Positions 55,460 through 64,000 of a stretch of DNA of 64,000 bases are shown here, one piece after another (positions within the stretch are counted from its first letter, which is position 1; each line of letters starts with the position of its first letter). The stretch covers positions 3,104,001 to 3,168,000 of the forward strand of contig OZ243913.1 in NCBI GenBank assembly GCA_965213705.1, read 5' to 3'. This DNA comes from Trueperaceae bacterium (GTDB lineage: Bacteria; Deinococcota; Deinococci; Deinococcales; Trueperaceae). Made by a program: the position numbers and the translations under genes. Under the pieces are notes generated by a model. That model saw only the letters and a list, made by a program, of their open reading frames with translations, was not told the origin of the DNA and did not search any database.

Positions 55460-56893
55460 TTGAACGAAACGACCGACGACCTCTGTTTTACAAGCGCGAC
55501 CGAGCTGCGGCGGCGCTTGAGGGCCAAAGAACTCTCCTGTACCGAGGTCATGCAAGCGCACGTCGAGCGCCTTGAGCAGACAAACCCGCTGCTGAATGCC
55601 GTCGTCACCTTCGAACCCGAACGAGCCTTGAAACAGGCGGCGGTGGCCGATGGGGCGCTGGCTCGAGGCGACGTTCTAGGCCCGCTTCACGGGCTGCCCA
55701 TCGCCCACAAAGACCTCGTCAATACCCGAGGCGTGCGCACGACCTACGGCTCGCCCATCTACAAGGATTTCGTGCCCGAGGCCGACGACCTACTCGTGAC
55801 GCGGCTTAAAAAGGCTGGGGCCATCAGCCTCGGCAAGACGAACACGCCCGAATTCGGGGCGGGGTCGCAGACGTTCAACAAAGTTTTCGGGGCGACGCGC
55901 AACCCCTACGACCCCAGCAAAACCTGCGGGGGCAGCAGCGGCGGCGCGGCGGTCGCGCTTGTCAGCGGCATGGTCCCGCTGGCCGACGGCAGCGACATGG
56001 GTGGCTCGCTGCGCAACCCGGCGGCGTTTTGCAACGTGGTCGGTTTTCGGCCCACGCCGGGGCGCGTGCCCAATGTGCCCACAACTTCCGCCTGGGCCAC
56101 CTTGAGCGTGTCCGGGCCGATGGCGCGCACGGTCGAAGATGTGGCGCTGCTGCTCAGCGTGATGGCCGGACCCGACCCGCGCAGCCCGCTGAGCAGGCCC
56201 GAAGACCCGCGGCGGTTTGCCCAACCTCTGGCTCGAGACTTTACAAACACCCGCGTCGCCTGGTGTCTGGACTTCGCCGGCTTGCCCTTCGACCCGCGGG
56301 TGACGGCGGCGCTCGAGCCGCTCGCCAGGGTTTTTAGCGACCTCGGCTGCATCCTCGACACGCCGCAACCGGACTTCAGCGGGGCGGACGAGGCTTTCAA
56401 GACGTTCAGGGCGCACGCCTTCGCCGCGAAGTTTCACCCTTTGCTCGAGACGCACCGCGACCTGTTGAAAGACACGGTCGTTTGGAACGTCGAACAAGGG
56501 CTCAAACTGAGCACCCTTGACTTGGCTCATGCCGAAGAAGCGCGCACCGAGTTGTTCGTGCGTTTTGCCGAGTTTATGAAAACTTATGACTACCTCGTGC
56601 TGCCGGTCACACAAGTACCCCCGTTCGACTTGAACCAGCCCTGCCCTAGCGAAATAAACGGCGTGACAATGGACACCTACATCGACTGGATGAAGTCTTG
56701 CTATTACATCAGCACGGTCGGCAACCCGGCTATCAGCGTACCGGCGGCGTTTACCGAGGACGGCCTACCCGTCGGGCTGCAAATCGTCGGGCGGTATGGG
56801 CAGGACTTGGAGGTCTTGCAACTCGCCCACGCTTTCGAAGGGGCGACGCGCGTCGGCGACAAGCGTCCGCCTCTAAAAAACCTGCAGCCATGA
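55460..56893 (+). CDS. Amidase-signature family protein
   Basis: HGLPIAHKD, GKTNTPEFG, GGSSGGAA, DGSDMGGSLRNPA, LPVGLQIVG. Confidence 0.93.
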   Translation: MNETTDDLCFTSATELRRRLRAKELSCTEVMQAHVERLEQTNPLLNAVVTFEPERALKQAAVADGALARGDVLGPLHGLPIAHKDLVNTRGVRTTYGSPIYKDFVPEADDLLVTRLKKAGAISLGKTNTPEFGAGSQTFNKVFGATRNPYDPSKTCGGSSGGAAVALVSGMVPLADGSDMGGSLRNPAAFCNVVGFRPTPGRVPNVPTTSAWATLSVSGPMARTVEDVALLLSVMAGPDPRSPLSRPEDPRRFAQPLARDFTNTRVAWCLDFAGLPFDPRVTAALEPLARVFSDLGCILDTPQPDFSGADEAFKTFRAHAFAAKFHPLLETHRDLLKDTVVWNVEQGLKLSTLDLAHAEEARTELFVRFAEFMKTYDYLVLPVTQVPPFDLNQPCPSEINGVTMDTYIDWMKSCYYISTVGNPAISVPAAFTEDGLPVGLQIVGRYGQDLEVLQLAHAFEGATRVGDKRPPLKNLQP

Positions 56894-56988
56894 AAAAACC
56901 CCGCTGGTCGGCGGGGTCAAAGGGAGGTAGGGTTAAAGTAGCACCCCGGTAGAAAAAGCGGCGTGAAGGAATCCACAACTGCAAACAA

Positions 56989-57044
56989 GGAGGTGGGGAG
57001 TAGGGGGTAAAGTCAAAAGCTTTTACCCCCTACTCCCCACCTCC
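56989..57044. repeat. Heptamer-built perfect hairpin downstream of carA
   Basis: GGAGGTG-GGGAGTA-GGGGGTA-AA / TTTACCCCCTACTCCCCACCTCC (23-bp arms). Confidence 0.8.
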
Positions 57045-57059
57045 TACTTACCTCACCCT

Positions 57060-58214
57060 CTACAGCGCCACCGACTCCGCCCGCACGGCGGGCAGCGCCG
57101 ACGCGCCCTCGAAGGCGTTGACCTCTTCGATAAAGCGCCGGAACAAGTACGAGGCGTCGTGCGGGCCGGGGCTCGCTTCGGGGTGGTACTGGACGCTGAA
57201 GACCGGGTAGCGCACGTGGGCCATGCCTTCTAAGGTGCCGTCGTTCAGGTTGACGTGCGTCGCCCGGAACTGCCCGCCCGGAATCGAGTCCACGTCGACG
57301 ACGTAGTTGTGGTTCTGGCTGGTGATTTCGACCTCGCCCGTGACGAGGTTTTTGACCGGCGTGTTGGCGCCGTGGTGGCCGGTCGCGAGTTTCGTCGTCT
57401 TGCCGCCGACCGCCAACCCGAGGAGCTGGTGGCCCAAGCAAATCCCATAGGTCGGCAGCAGGCCCAGCAGTTGCCACACCGTGTCGTGGGCGTACTTGGG
57501 GCCGTCGGGGTCGCCGGGGCCGTTGGAGATGACGAGGCCGTAGGGGTTGAGCGCCATAATCTGCGCGGGCGTGGTCTGGGCGGGCACGACGATGACCTCG
57601 GCCCCGGCCTGCTCGAGCTTGTACACAATCGAATGTTTGATGCCGAAGTCGATAACCGCGACGCGCGGACTCGTCTTGAAAGTGGGGCGGGCGTAGGGCA
57701 GTGAGGTTGTCACCTCGGGCGTCATGTCGCGCCCGTCGATGTCGGCGTGCTCGAGCGCCTCCTTGACGAGCGCCGCGTCCATGTCTTTGTCGGTCTTGCC
57801 GTGGTAGATGACACCCTTCACCACGCCGCCCGTGCGCAGCCGCCGGGTGAGAGCCCTCGTGTCGATGCCCTCGATGCCGACGATGCGGTGGCCCTCCATA
57901 AAACTCTGCAGGTCCTGGTTCGAGCGGTGGTTGCTCGCCGTGCGCGAAAACTCGCGGACGATAAAGCCCTTGGCGAACGGTTTGTTCGACTCCATGTCGT
58001 AGACCGACACGCCGTAGTTGCCGATGTGTGGGTACGTCATGGTGACGATTTGCCCGTGGTACGAGGGGTCGGTCAAAATCTCCTGATAGCCGGTCATGGC
58101 AGTGTTGAAGACGATTTCGCCGACGGTTTTGCCCTGGTAGCCGAAGGCGTAACCGTAGTAGACGGTGCCGTCTTCCAGCGCCAGCACGGCCGGGGGTTTG
58201 TTGAGGAGCGACAT
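57060..58214 (-). CDS. carA: Carbamoyl-phosphate synthase small subunit
   Basis: [60 protein letters not shown]. Confidence 0.97.
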   Translation of the reverse strand: MSLLNKPPAVLALEDGTVYYGYAFGYQGKTVGEIVFNTAMTGYQEILTDPSYHGQIVTMTYPHIGNYGVSVYDMESNKPFAKGFIVREFSRTASNHRSNQDLQSFMEGHRIVGIEGIDTRALTRRLRTGGVVKGVIYHGKTDKDMDAALVKEALEHADIDGRDMTPEVTTSLPYARPTFKTSPRVAVIDFGIKHSIVYKLEQAGAEVIVVPAQTTPAQIMALNPYGLVISNGPGDPDGPKYAHDTVWQLLGLLPTYGICLGHQLLGLAVGGKTTKLATGHHGANTPVKNLVTGEVEITSQNHNYVVDVDSIPGGQFRATHVNLNDGTLEGMAHVRYPVFSVQYHPEASPGPHDASYLFRRFIEEVNAFEGASALPAVRAESVAL

Positions 58215-58258
58215 GACGGTTACTTTAGCACCGCCAAGTGGGCGGTTGGGTTTACAGC

Positions 58259-58443
58259 CTATGACAAGTCCGCGATGACCAGACCATCGACCTTCTCGAA
58301 GTGACTATCCAGGGTCATCAGTTCCGCACCTGTTTCCATCACGTGCGCAGCTATCCAGCTGCTCCGCGCCGCGGATGCAGCTGACGACGTTTGCTTGCCC
58401 CTTCTAAGGCGACGTAGACATTTGTGTCGAGCAGAATCTTCAC
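58259..58443 (-). pseudogene. VapC/PIN toxin remnant (frameshift plus internal deletion)
   Basis: VKILLDTNVYVAL, then KGQANVVSCIRGAEQ in another frame, then [26 protein letters not shown] in a third frame; PIN core missing. Confidence 0.8.
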
Positions 58444-58696
58444 GACCAAAGGGACTCGTCGATGGTCCCGAAGACCTCGAGCGTCTCTAAAACGCTGCTG
58501 CCTCGTCTTCGTGCCAAGAGCCCGCGAGGTGGTCCAAGCTGCTGCCGACCTTGTCAGTTGCCCCCTTACCGAGTCCAGCGCCCTCGCGCAACAACATTAG
58601 GGCAGCTTTGTTGAGGGAAATGCCATGTTGCTCAGCAACCTCCTGAAGTTTCTTTTCAATATCACGGTCGAAACCGCGCAGGGTGAGCCGTTCCAT
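58440..58696 (-). pseudogene. RHH (FitA/VapB-like) antitoxin, frameshifted near the C-terminus
   Basis: LTLRGFD..GISLNKA..LAGSW; adding one T to the TTTT run near 58490 gives FLETLEVFGTIDESLWS* whose stop overlaps the toxin GTG. Confidence 0.75.
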
Positions 58697-58946
58697 TTTC
58701 TTCTCCTAGCGAATCGAACTTTAAATCGTTATAAGGCGGTAAGCGAGTCACGGAGTGGGACCAGCGGTTTCACCACCTCTGTCTCTACGCGTTTACCGCC
58801 TCGGCAGCTTTGTTGAAAGCTTCGACCACGAAACAAGGACACGCTCGCTCGAGGGATTTTCCAGGCTATTTTCACGACACGACATCCCGCCCCAGCCGAC
58901 AGACATCTCACCGGCGGCCCGTATACTTGACCCAGGAGTTGGAGTG

Positions 58947-60332
58947 ATGAAACAAGGTTTATACATCCCGCTCGTGAGCGTTCACGGGCTTATTCGAGCG
59001 CAGAATTTGGAACTCGGGCACAACGCGGACACGGGCGGCCAAACGAAGTACGTGGTCGAACTCGCGGCGGCCTTGGCCGAATGCGAGGACGTGGCGCAAG
59101 TCGACCTGTTCACCCGCCGCATCGAAGACGACGACTACTCGAGCGACTACGCCCGAAGCGTCGAGCCCATCAGCGACCGCGCGCGAATCGTACGCGTCGA
59201 CTGCGGCCCGCCGGGCTACGTGCGCAAAGAACTCCTCTACCCGTATTTGGACGAGTTCATCACCAACACGCAACGCTTTATCGAAGACGAAAAGCTTACA
59301 CCCGCCCTCTTCCACGGCCACTACGCCGACGCCGCCTACGCAGCACTGCGACTGGCGAAAAGCTACCACGTCCCTTTTTTGTTCACCGGCCACTCGCTCG
59401 GCCGCAACAAGGTCAAGGCCTTGCTCAAGTCGGGCTTGACACATGAGGACGTCGACGCGCAGTACAGCATGAGCACGCGCATCCAAATAGAGGAGGAAGC
59501 GCTCCGTGAAGCCGACGTCGTCATCGCCTCAACCGAGTATGAAATTCATACAGGCTACGAACTCTACGCCGCGCACCGGCGGGCGAACTACAAAGTGGTG
59601 CCGCCCGGCATCGACGTAGACACCTTTTACCCTTACTACTACGACGACGACCCGAACGCGAGGCGCGACGAAGGTTTGCTGCAGGCGAGGGCGCGGATGC
59701 GGCAGGAAATCGGGAGATTCCTCACCCAACCCGACAAACCGCTCATCCTCGCCATCAGCCGGCCCGACCGCCGCAAAAACATCGGCGGACTCGTCGAAGC
59801 GTACGGCGAGGACAAAGAGTTGCAGAGTATCGCCAACCTGGCAATCTTCGCGGGCGTCCGCAAAGACATCGAGCGGATGGACGACAACGAGCGCGAAGTG
59901 CTGACCGAGCTGCTGCTGCTGATGGACAAGTACGACCTCTATGGCAAGCTCGCGCTGCCCAAAAAGCACGACACCGCGACCGACATCCCCGAACTCTACC
60001 GGATGGTGGCGAAGGGTCGCGGCGTATTCATCAACCCGGCGCTGGTCGAGAACTTCGGAATTACTCTCATAGAGGCCTCGGCCTGCGGCTTGCCCATCGT
60101 CTCGACGAACTTCGGCGGGCCGAACGACATCGTCGCGAACTGTCACAACGGGATTCTGGTGGACTCGAGAGACGCCGGCCAAATCCAGGGGGCGCTCAAA
60201 AAGATTCTCGTCGACGACGCGCTGTGGCAAGAGTATTCGCAAAACGGCGTCATCGGCGTGCGCGAGCACTACGTGTGGTCGGCCCACTGCGAGACCTACC
60301 GGGAGGTGGCGCGTGACGCAAAAGCGGCCTGA
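58947..60332 (+). CDS. Sucrose-phosphate synthase-like GT4 glycosyltransferase (SPS/MfpsA type)
   Basis: SVHGLIR..ELG..ADTGGQTKYVVELA, HGHYADA, FTGHSLG, SRPDRRKN, NPALVENFGITLIEA. Confidence 0.88.
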   Translation: MKQGLYIPLVSVHGLIRAQNLELGHNADTGGQTKYVVELAAALAECEDVAQVDLFTRRIEDDDYSSDYARSVEPISDRARIVRVDCGPPGYVRKELLYPYLDEFITNTQRFIEDEKLTPALFHGHYADAAYAALRLAKSYHVPFLFTGHSLGRNKVKALLKSGLTHEDVDAQYSMSTRIQIEEEALREADVVIASTEYEIHTGYELYAAHRRANYKVVPPGIDVDTFYPYYYDDDPNARRDEGLLQARARMRQEIGRFLTQPDKPLILAISRPDRRKNIGGLVEAYGEDKELQSIANLAIFAGVRKDIERMDDNEREVLTELLLLMDKYDLYGKLALPKKHDTATDIPELYRMVAKGRGVFINPALVENFGITLIEASACGLPIVSTNFGGPNDIVANCHNGILVDSRDAGQIQGALKKILVDDALWQEYSQNGVIGVREHYVWSAHCETYREVARDAKAA

Positions 60333-61056
60333 GTGGCTACTCGTCAGCGACATCGACAACACCCTGACCGGGGACGCTGAGGCGCTTGAAAAATTGATGG
60401 GTTTGCTTCACGCCAACCGTGACCGAATCGCCTTCGGCGTTGCGTCGGGACGCTCTTCAGAGTTGATACAGGAGGCTGTCGAAGCGTTCGGCTTGCTCGA
60501 GCCCGACCTCATCATTTCAAGCGTCGGCAGCGAGATTTACGGCGAGGGCGACGTGGGTGAACGCTACGCCGAGCACGTCGGCGCGGGCTGGGAACGCGAG
60601 CGCGTGGTGGGGGCGTTGAAAGACCTCGAGGGCTTGACCTTTCAAGACGAAACCGGGCAGAGACCCTATAAGGTCAGCTTCAACACGAGCGGTGACGTGA
60701 TGCCGCGGGTCGAGGCGGCGGTGCGCGCGGCCGGCCTCAACGTTACGCTCATTCACTCGCACGGCGAGTTTTTAGACGTGCTGCCCGAGCGCGCCGCCAA
60801 GGGCAAGGCGGTTCGCTTCGTCGCTGAAGCTTACGGGTTGCCGCTCGAGAAAATCATCGTCGCGGGCGACTCGGGCAACGACGCCGACCTGTTGACCTGT
60901 GGGGCTAAAGCCGTCGTGGTTGGAAACTACAGCGCGGAACTCGAGCCTGTCTTAGAAAACGAAAACATCTACCTCGCCAAGGCTTTTTATGCGGCGGGGG
61001 TGCTCGAGGGGCTTAGAGCTTACGGCGTCTTGACCCAAGTGAACATCACCGTCTGA
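60313..61056 (+). CDS. HAD-IIB sucrose-phosphate phosphatase-like protein
   Basis: SDIDNTL, SGR, SVGSEIY, Q.PYKVSF, LDVLP..A.KG, GDSGND; overlaps the SPS gene. Confidence 0.88.
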   Translation: MTQKRPEWLLVSDIDNTLTGDAEALEKLMGLLHANRDRIAFGVASGRSSELIQEAVEAFGLLEPDLIISSVGSEIYGEGDVGERYAEHVGAGWERERVVGALKDLEGLTFQDETGQRPYKVSFNTSGDVMPRVEAAVRAAGLNVTLIHSHGEFLDVLPERAAKGKAVRFVAEAYGLPLEKIIVAGDSGNDADLLTCGAKAVVVGNYSAELEPVLENENIYLAKAFYAAGVLEGLRAYGVLTQVNITV

Positions 61057-61171
61057 GCGACCTCGTTTCTGCCAGCTCGTCCTTGAAACGGTTTTGCTCG
61101 ACTGAGTTTCTGCACGGGAGCTAAAGTGTGTTGATTTGTTTCGTTTATTTCGGTTGTGCTAAAGTGGCATT

Positions 61172-61615
61172 ATGGAGACGGCCGAAACCTCAACCGAAAC
61201 CCGACAAGACAAGGAACGTGCCGAGCTAGCGAGTGCTTTCCTGGCGGGGCAGCAAACCGGCGTTTTCAAGCTGAAGGTCTCGGGCAGTGGCTCAAAAGAG
61301 GTGGCCCTACCCTTTGTTGCCGTGCCTCTGCTCAGGCAAGTTCTCGAGCTGATAGCGCAGGGAAAAGTTGTCGCCATCCTGGCACGAGACACCGAGCTGT
61401 CTACCCAAGAAGGTGCCGACCTGCTCAACGTCTCTCGACCTTACTTTGTCAGTTTACTCGACAACGGCGAGCTGCCTCACCATAAGGTAGGGACGCACCG
61501 CCGTGTTTTGCTCGAGGACGTTCTCACCTACAAACGGCACCTAGCTGAGAAGCGTAGAGAAGCCCTAAAAAAACTTACCGAACAGGCCCAGGAGCTGGCT
61601 CTTGGCTACGAGTGA
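61172..61615 (+). CDS. Excisionase-like HTH protein (antitoxin partner of PIN protein)
   Basis: ELSTQEGADLLNVSRPYFVSLLDNGELPHHKVGTHRRV. Confidence 0.88.
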   Translation: METAETSTETRQDKERAELASAFLAGQQTGVFKLKVSGSGSKEVALPFVAVPLLRQVLELIAQGKVVAILARDTELSTQEGADLLNVSRPYFVSLLDNGELPHHKVGTHRRVLLEDVLTYKRHLAEKRREALKKLTEQAQELALGYE

Positions 61616-62175
61616 TTACCGCCGTTCTCGACGCCAACGTTCTCTATCCTGCCCCCTTACGCGACCTGTTGATGCACCTGGCGCTTGTCAACTTGTACCG
61701 GGCCAAATGGACGAACGAAATTCATGACGAGTGGATACGGAATGTCCTGAAAAACCGACCCGACTTAGAGCGAAGCCAACTCGAGCGCACCAAAAAGCTC
61801 ATGAACGCCCACGTGCTCGACTGCCTGGTAACGAACTACGAAGGTTTGATTTCTCGACTCGAGCTTCCCGACCCCCATGACCGGCACGTATTGGCTGCGG
61901 CTATCCAAGCTCGAGCCGACCTCATCGTGACCTTCAATTTGAGCGACTTTCCAGAGCGAGTGTTGAGCGAGCACGGGGTCGGAGTCCAGCACCCCGACGT
62001 TTTTGTCCACACCTTCGTCGAACAGGATGTAGAGGCCATCTGCACCGCCGTAAAACGCCAGCGAGAGGATTTGAAGAAGCCCCCTTTCACTGCGGAGCAA
62101 TTGCTGAATGTTTTCGAGAAGCAGGGCTTGGTACAGACCGCTCGCGCCCTCAGGACACACGGCGACGCTCTTTAG
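61612..62175 (+). CDS. PIN-domain protein (putative toxin)
   Basis: VLDANVLYP..RDLL, DEW, LPDPHDRHVLAAA, IVTFNLSDF; GTGA overlap with the HTH gene. Confidence 0.9.
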   Translation: MITAVLDANVLYPAPLRDLLMHLALVNLYRAKWTNEIHDEWIRNVLKNRPDLERSQLERTKKLMNAHVLDCLVTNYEGLISRLELPDPHDRHVLAAAIQARADLIVTFNLSDFPERVLSEHGVGVQHPDVFVHTFVEQDVEAICTAVKRQREDLKKPPFTAEQLLNVFEKQGLVQTARALRTHGDAL

Positions 62176-62208
62176 TGGCGTCTTTAGCAGCAAAAGTGTA
62201 GACTCCGG

Positions 62209-62328
62209 CTCGAGCCTATCCTGAACGACAAGAATATCTACCTCGCCAGGGCGTGTCACGCGGCGGGGGTGCTAGAGGGGCTTGGGGTTTACGGCGTTCT
62301 GCCAAACGTTTCAGTCACGCAGAGTTAG
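62209..62328 (+). pseudogene. Orphaned, diverged second copy of the phosphatase 3' end
   Basis: LEPILNDKNIYLARACHAAGVLEGLGVYGVLPNVSVTQS* versus LEPVLENENIYLAKAFYAAGVLEGLRAYGVLTQVNITV* at 60940-61056. Confidence 0.9.
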
Positions 62329-63287
62329 GAAAACGTTTCACCGCGGCGCACCGTGTGGGGTCCGACACGCGCGCGCGCCTCGACCGTGCAGTCTTCCAAG
62401 TAAGCGTAAGCGCCGATAAACGCGCCTTCGCTAACGTGCGTCTCCCCTTTTAGAATCACGCCCGGCTCGAGCACCACGTCCGGCCCCAAAAACACCGTGT
62501 CGTCGATAAAGGTTGTTTCAGGGCTCGTCATGGTGACGCCCGCGGTGAGCCAGCGGTCACGAATCCGGTCGCGCAAAATCTTGTCGATGTTTGCTAAGTG
62601 GCGGCGGTCGTTGACGCCCAACACTTCGGTTTCGTCCGCGACGGTGAGGGTGTTCACGTCGTCGCCTGCTTGCAGGTACAAGCTCGGCAAGTCGGTGATG
62701 TAGTATTCGCCCGCCGCGTTGTCGCTCGAGAGTCCCGCCGCCTTGTCGAACACGGTCGCGTCGAAAATGTACAGCCCAGGGTTGACCTCGTTGATGTGCT
62801 TCTCATCGGGCGTGGCGTCTTTTTCCTCGATAATTTTGAACACCTTGCCGCCCGCGTTGCGCACGATGCGGCCCAAACCGGTCGGGTCTACGACCTGGCA
62901 GGTCACGAGCGTCATGCCGCGCTGACCGCGCTGTTTGGCGACGAGGTCTTGGAGCGTCTCGGTTTTGATGAGTGGGCCGTCGCCGTTCAGCACGAGCACG
63001 TCGCCGACGAAGTCGTGGAGGATTTCTTTCGCCTGCAACAGTGCGTGGCCGGTGCCGAGTTGTTTTTCTTGTAAGACGAAGTTTACGTCGTACTCTTTCA
63101 TCCGTTCTTTCACAGCGTCGGAGCCGTGGCCCACCACCACCACGACGCGCTCCGGATGTAGGGGTTGGACGGCGCGCAGGACGTGCTCCAAGAGCGGCCT
63201 ACCCGCCGCCTCGTGGAGCATCTTGGGCGTTTTGGACTTCATGCGCGTGCCCATGCCCGCGGCGAGCACGACGACGGCCAAAGCCAC
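62325..63287 (-). CDS. glmU: GlmU-like UDP-GlcNAc pyrophosphorylase, short form lacking most of the acetyltransferase domain
   Basis: LAAGMGTRMKS..PK, QLGTGHA, GDGPLI, GLGRIVR, EEKDA, GEYYITD, GVNDR; ends at 320 aa after a few hexapeptide coils. Confidence 0.85.
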   Translation of the reverse strand: MALAVVVLAAGMGTRMKSKTPKMLHEAAGRPLLEHVLRAVQPLHPERVVVVVGHGSDAVKERMKEYDVNFVLQEKQLGTGHALLQAKEILHDFVGDVLVLNGDGPLIKTETLQDLVAKQRGQRGMTLVTCQVVDPTGLGRIVRNAGGKVFKIIEEKDATPDEKHINEVNPGLYIFDATVFDKAAGLSSDNAAGEYYITDLPSLYLQAGDDVNTLTVADETEVLGVNDRRHLANIDKILRDRIRDRWLTAGVTMTSPETTFIDDTVFLGPDVVLEPGVILKGETHVSEGAFIGAYAYLEDCTVEARARVGPHTVRRGETFS

Positions 63288-63288
63288 G

Positions 63289-64000
63289 CTAGCGCCCCCT
63301 GGCCTTCATCGCCAAGCGCTCTTTCTTGTCGGTGCGGTCGGGGTCCATCGTAAAGAGCATGTACAGCGCCAACAGCGCCAACAGCAAGCTCACGAGTTGC
63401 GTCAGGGTAAACAAGCCTACGCCGCCCTCGTTGTCTAAGTACACCTGCCAGGTCAGCGGGTTGTCGCGGAAGGGCTCTTCCAACACGCTGCGCAACACCG
63501 AATACCACAGCACCATCTGCCAGAACGCGTAGCCCGGCGTCCGGCTGCGGCGCAGCGCTATGACGGTAACCATGAGCAGCAACACGCCGATAATTACGCC
63601 GTAGCCCTGCGTCAGGTGAACGGTGCACGGCTGGCCGAGCGCGAAGGGCTCGGCACAGACAGGTGGATAGAAAGACCACAGGTTGTCCCCGAACACAAAG
63701 CGTCCGAACGCGCCCCAAGTCGGGGTGCCCGGCTCGGGCCAGTTGAAACCGATGGGCCAGTTCGTCAACCGCCCCGCCGTATCGGTGCCGTTCATGATGT
63801 TGCCCAAGCGCCCGCCGATGATGCCGAGTCCCGCCACCGGGGTCATCACGTCCAGATAGGCCCACATGTTGAGGTTGTGGACGCGTGAATACAACCAGGT
63901 CGCAAACACGATGCCGATAGCCCCGCCGTGAATGCTGATGCCGCCCTGCCAGATATAGAGGCTCGAGAGCGGGTCGCCACCGGGCCCGAAAAACGCGCTC
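63289..64000 (-). CDS. lgt: Prolipoprotein diacylglyceryl transferase (5' end outside window)
   Basis: IWQGGISIHG, GRLGNIMNG, HLTQ.Y, R..LEEPFR. Confidence 0.92.
   Translation of the reverse strand, partial: SAFFGPGGDPLSSLYIWQGGISIHGGAIGIVFATWLYSRVHNLNMWAYLDVMTPVAGLGIIGGRLGNIMNGTDTAGRLTNWPIGFNWPEPGTPTWGAFGRFVFGDNLWSFYPPVCAEPFALGQPCTVHLTQGYGVIIGVLLLMVTVIALRRSRTPGYAFWQMVLWYSVLRSVLEEPFRDNPLTWQVYLDNEGGVGLFTLTQLVSLLLALLALYMLFTMDPDRTDKKERLAMKARGR

Noticed and set aside
57060..58214. carA without adjacent carB as an anomaly
   Set aside because: Separated carA and carB are common, and carB may lie outside the window.
61172..61615. Prophage or integrative element excisionase
   Set aside because: No integrase or phage genes nearby; translational coupling to a PIN gene indicates a TA-type pair.

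Overview
High-GC bacterial chromosomal window. The gene set and protein style suggest Deinococcota, possibly Truepera-like (inference). It is mostly housekeeping and metabolism: accDA, rpe, rhodanese, YdeP/FdhF plus fdhD, acnA, IscA/HesB, gcvTHP, glucan phosphorylase, lepB, malZ, rpoD, fatty-acid activation and oxidation, amtB-glnK, a CstR-like persulfide locus, carA, a short glmU and lgt. No rRNA, tRNA, CRISPR array or transposase was seen. Main observations: (1) A well-formed c-di-GMP-II riboswitch sits in front of a lipoprotein subtilase carrying a (GRSAWSG)x3 repeat, followed by a TPR-GGDEF diguanylate cyclase. This is a candidate peptide-signal/c-di-GMP circuit. (2) The palindrome CTCGAG is strongly over-represented and appears in conserved genes through rare codons (GCT CGA G), reminiscent of HIP1. 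(3) A toxin-antitoxin cassette lies between two diverged copies of a gene 3' end whose similarity begins exactly at CTCGAG. (4) Also present: an orphan low-GC HsdR-N nuclease with a SeqA-like tail, a Bacteroidota-type gldC, a sucrose-phosphate synthase/phosphatase-type islet flanked by TA loci, and heptamer-based hairpins and minisatellites.
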